From: Acidobacteriota bacterium
GTDB taxonomy: Bacteria > Acidobacteriota > UBA890 > WLXD01
NCBI GenBank assembly: GCA_965205505.1
Contig: CBDBHB010000009.1
Coordinates: forward strand, 1-64,000
Length of the DNA: 64,000 nt
Direction: 5' to 3'
In this document: piece by piece, positions 61,125 through 64,000 of the stretch
How positions within the stretch are numbered: the first letter of the stretch is position 1
Layout: every line of letters begins with the position of its first letter
Notes under the pieces: model-generated
Told to the model about the DNA's origin: nothing
The model's input: the letters and a program-made list of their open reading frames with translations, nothing else
Database searches by the model: none
Program-made: the position numbers and the translations under genes

Positions 61125-61829
61125 GTGGCGGCCGACAACAAGCGAGACGGTCGTATCCGTCACGGGCGTGGTGACAGCATGACCGGCCGTGGGCGAAGCG
61201 GCGGGCTGCAGGCGATTTTCTCGTTCTTCCTCGGACTGATGGTGACCGCGTTCGTCGGCGTGGGCGCCTACACGTTCCACCCGCCGCCACACGAGCAGCT
61301 CGCCCGGCAGATGCAGCAACTGGATCGCCGGGAGGTAGCAGTTCGGGATTCACGGCCACCCGAGCAGCTGACCGCCGAGGACCGAGGCCAGATCCAGATG
61401 CTGAACTCCGAGCGGGACCAGCTCTCGGATGCCATGCAACAGGCCCGGGAGGGGTGGGCTCGGAGCACGAGCATTATCCTGATCACGCTGGCAACACTGG
61501 TGATGGCCGTGTCGCTGGTGCGTTCCGAACAGTTGCCGGTCGTGGGCAACGGCCTGTTGCTGGGCGGTCTGTTCACGATGGTTTATGGCATCGGCTGGAT
61601 CATCTCCACGGACACCTCCGTACTCCGCTTCGTGGTGATGACCGTGGCGCTCAGCATCACGCTGGCCCTGGGCTATATCCGCTTCGTGCGTGCGCAGGCA
61701 TCACCGCCAGTGGCACGGGACCAGGCCGGCGTGAGTGTAGGGGTGGCGGAGCTGGAGCGGCGCGTGGGCGACCTCGAGGCGCGGCTGAACGCCGTGGCCG
61801 AAGCGCTCCGACACAGAGGCGAGCGCTAG
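61125..61829 (+). CDS. Membrane protein with a periplasmic coiled-coil
   Basis: Four TM segments, GNGLLLGGLFT, C-terminal coiled-coil. Confidence 0.75.
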   Translation: MAADNKRDGRIRHGRGDSMTGRGRSGGLQAIFSFFLGLMVTAFVGVGAYTFHPPPHEQLARQMQQLDRREVAVRDSRPPEQLTAEDRGQIQMLNSERDQLSDAMQQAREGWARSTSIILITLATLVMAVSLVRSEQLPVVGNGLLLGGLFTMVYGIGWIISTDTSVLRFVVMTVALSITLALGYIRFVRAQASPPVARDQAGVSVGVAELERRVGDLEARLNAVAEALRHRGER

Positions 61830-61849
61830 AGGCTTCCGCTGCTCCGCGC

Positions 61850-62340
61850 CGGATGCACCCAGGTAAATTCGGCTCCATTATCGGAACGGATGGAGGCAGC
61901 AATGCCGCCGTGGACGAAGAGCCTGCCGAACCGCTCCAGCACGCTCTTGGAGTTCAACTCCCGTTCTGCGTCGATCGCCAGGCATTCTCGCGTGTATTCA
62001 TCGATGACGCTCAGCAGGCCGCAGCCGGATGCAGGAACCGTCGGTTGAACCATAAGCGCGCCCGTCTAGGCTGCTTGTTCGGGACGTTAAGCCCCTCACG
62101 TCGCCAGATCCGATGCACCCGCTTCGGGTTCACCGACCCGCCCTTCATCCGCAGCAAGGCCGTGACCCTCCGGTATCCATAACGGCCGGTTTGCCGCGCC
62201 AACCCGATGATCCTGTGGGGTGTCGGGGCACTCGCTGCGCATTGGAGCCGCACAGGACCTCGCCGCCGCGGGTGCTTCCCTGGTTGAGATGTAGCGGCCG
62301 GACGCTGGCTCTCGCCCACCATGCCGGCACGCTACGCTTG
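61850..62340 (-). pseudogene. Degenerate IS3 orfB
   Basis: RYGYRRVTALL, IDEYTRECLAID and IRSDNGAEF in broken frames. Confidence 0.85.
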
Positions 62341-62524
62341 CGGACAGCTCGGCACCCGTGGCACCGTGGCGCGACTGCGATTTGGCCAGTAGCCGCAGGC
62401 CGTCCACATCGCGGGTCGGAGGCGGCCACGAAGGTGGAGACTGCCATACCCCATTGGCTCGATTCCCATCACGACGACGTGTCGATGCCGGGCTCGCGGA
62501 AGGCGTCGAGGACTCCGCGTTGAA

Positions 62525-63835
62525 ATGGCGCGTGCCGGGGTCTGTGGCAAACTCATTCAGCATCCTTGCGGGAGTCGAAGCGTGTCGACCAAAAGTCCAT
62601 TCCTTGTCTGGCTCGGGCGTCTCCTACTGGTCATCGGATCGCCGTTGCTGTTCTTGGCCATCGCCGAGCTAACGATCCGCGTCGCCGGCATTGAAACGGA
62701 CGTTGCTCAAAATCGAAACGCGCAGATCGCCGTTCCGGTTTGGTTGTTCACCGACCAGGGCTGGGTGCGCCAGCGCCAGGCCGATCTGATGCGCTCGCAG
62801 GAGCCGATAAAGGCCGTGGACGTGGCCTGGATGTACCACTTCGAAGAGGCCCGCTGGATTCAGTACCGGATGAAGCCGAATGTCGACACGTTAGCGGTGA
62901 ATCCCTTCAACAGGATCGAGGTCGCCAAGAACATCACGTTTCAGCTCACGTCCAACAGCGACGGCTTCCGCGGCCACAAACTCGGCCCCAAGCGCCCCAG
63001 AGTGACACGGATCGTCACCATAGGCGACTCGAGCACGTTCGGTTGGGGCGTCGAGCTCGAACACACCTTCCAGCACATCCTGGAAGCGAAGCTCAACAAG
63101 TCCTTGCCCGGCTCGATGGAGGTCATCAACCTCGGGATCCCCGGCCAGAACACCCGACACGGGGTGGGAATGCTCCGGCACTACGCGATGCCGCTGGAGC
63201 CCGACCTGCTCATTATGAGTTACGGCGCCAACGACCCACGCTTAGTGCCGACGGCCGCCGACGAACTACTTGCAGCACACGACACCTACCTCGGCGCCCT
63301 GCGCTTCGTATTGCTCGAGCTGCGCAGCTACAGGCTGCTCCGTCGCCTCGTGTTTACGGTGTGGGACCCACTCACCGTGGACCCGGAGGAGGCTGCCGCA
63401 GCACAGCAATTCGTCCAGGCTGTACCGCTCAAGGAATATCGTAACAACCTAGCCGCGATGTGGGAGATTGCAGAGGCTGCCGCCGTGCCGACGGTGTTTA
63501 TGTCCGTGTGCACGGGCGCGGAGGAGTACGTCGCGATGATGGCCTCGGTGGCGCGAGACACGAAAGCACCGATGCTGAACACCCGCGCGCTTTTCGCGGA
63601 TCGGCTCGAAGAGCTGATCGACGGACGCCTGCATCCCAGGAAGGTACGACACTATAGGTCGATATACGGACGTCGCGTTCTCGAACGGATGCGCCAGTAC
63701 TATGTCACCAACGACGGTTGCCATCCGAACTGGGTTGGGCACAGTCTGATTGCCGAAGCGTTGGCGCCGTTGGTGAAGCGGGCGCTGCGCCGTAGCCAAT
63801 CCGCAACCGCCGAGTTCAAGCAGCGAGCTCCCTAG
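62525..63835 (+). CDS. Membrane-anchored SGNH/GDSL hydrolase
   Basis: NSDGFRG, IGDSSTFGWG, NLGIPG, GAND, DGCHPN. Confidence 0.92.
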   Translation: MARAGVCGKLIQHPCGSRSVSTKSPFLVWLGRLLLVIGSPLLFLAIAELTIRVAGIETDVAQNRNAQIAVPVWLFTDQGWVRQRQADLMRSQEPIKAVDVAWMYHFEEARWIQYRMKPNVDTLAVNPFNRIEVAKNITFQLTSNSDGFRGHKLGPKRPRVTRIVTIGDSSTFGWGVELEHTFQHILEAKLNKSLPGSMEVINLGIPGQNTRHGVGMLRHYAMPLEPDLLIMSYGANDPRLVPTAADELLAAHDTYLGALRFVLLELRSYRLLRRLVFTVWDPLTVDPEEAAAAQQFVQAVPLKEYRNNLAAMWEIAEAAAVPTVFMSVCTGAEEYVAMMASVARDTKAPMLNTRALFADRLEELIDGRLHPRKVRHYRSIYGRRVLERMRQYYVTNDGCHPNWVGHSLIAEALAPLVKRALRRSQSATAEFKQRAP

Positions 63836-64000
63836 GCCGTCGAGCCGGCGGAATGGGTCATGCACGCGACGAAGACGATCGCCACATCCGACGCCGTGCC
63901 CACGCCGACGCCGCGGGAGTGTAACCGACCGCTCTGGTGCTCGATGCCGACAACGCAGGGTAATGTTCAACGGCCAGCTTGTTCGGCGCCGTGACGATGA

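Larger units (their letters stand above)
9519..62400. mobile_element. Decayed composite genomic island anchored at the 3' end of tRNA-Ser; right boundary approximate
   Basis: AT-rich segment right after the tRNA, then Rep, phage relics, IS3 elements and defence fragments. No integrase or attR repeat seen. Confidence 0.6.

Noticed and set aside
9500-64000. attR duplicate of the tRNA-Ser 3' end and an island integrase
   Set aside because: Not found by eye, so the island's right boundary remains approximate.

Overview
GC-rich bacterial DNA; the gene content suggests Acidobacteriota (inference only). Bases 1-9.5 kb look like core chromosome: a TPR protein, tRNA-Arg(ACG) directly followed by tadA, envelope and redox genes, an S9 peptidase and tRNA-Ser(CGA). 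Immediately after tRNA-Ser an accessory region of about 53 kb begins (about 9.5-62.4 kb). It contains: (i) remains of several related phage-satellite-like elements (AEP primase-like Rep, 19-bp tandem repeats, one intact-core and two relic HNH genes, two of them sharing a conserved upstream motif, plus DUF3102-like, terminase and MobA relics); (ii) intact cargo (LytS/LytTR, DUF5916 protein, cytochrome c-beta-barrel fusion with a cupredoxin-like partner, dioxygenase, P450, large adhesin/autotransporter); (iii) many IS3-broken defence genes (PT-dependent HNH, ThsA, DUF262, DUF499, HsdM). The top candidates for something new are a type I RM HsdR fused to a C-terminal Schlafen/AlbA_2 RNase-like domain with apparently intact catalytic residues, and a roughly 150-nt element of two homologous hairpins with exactly complementary 7-nt loops facing a small hydrophobic peptide ORF. 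All family calls come from motif recognition by eye, not database searches. Several single-base frameshifts may be sequencing errors.
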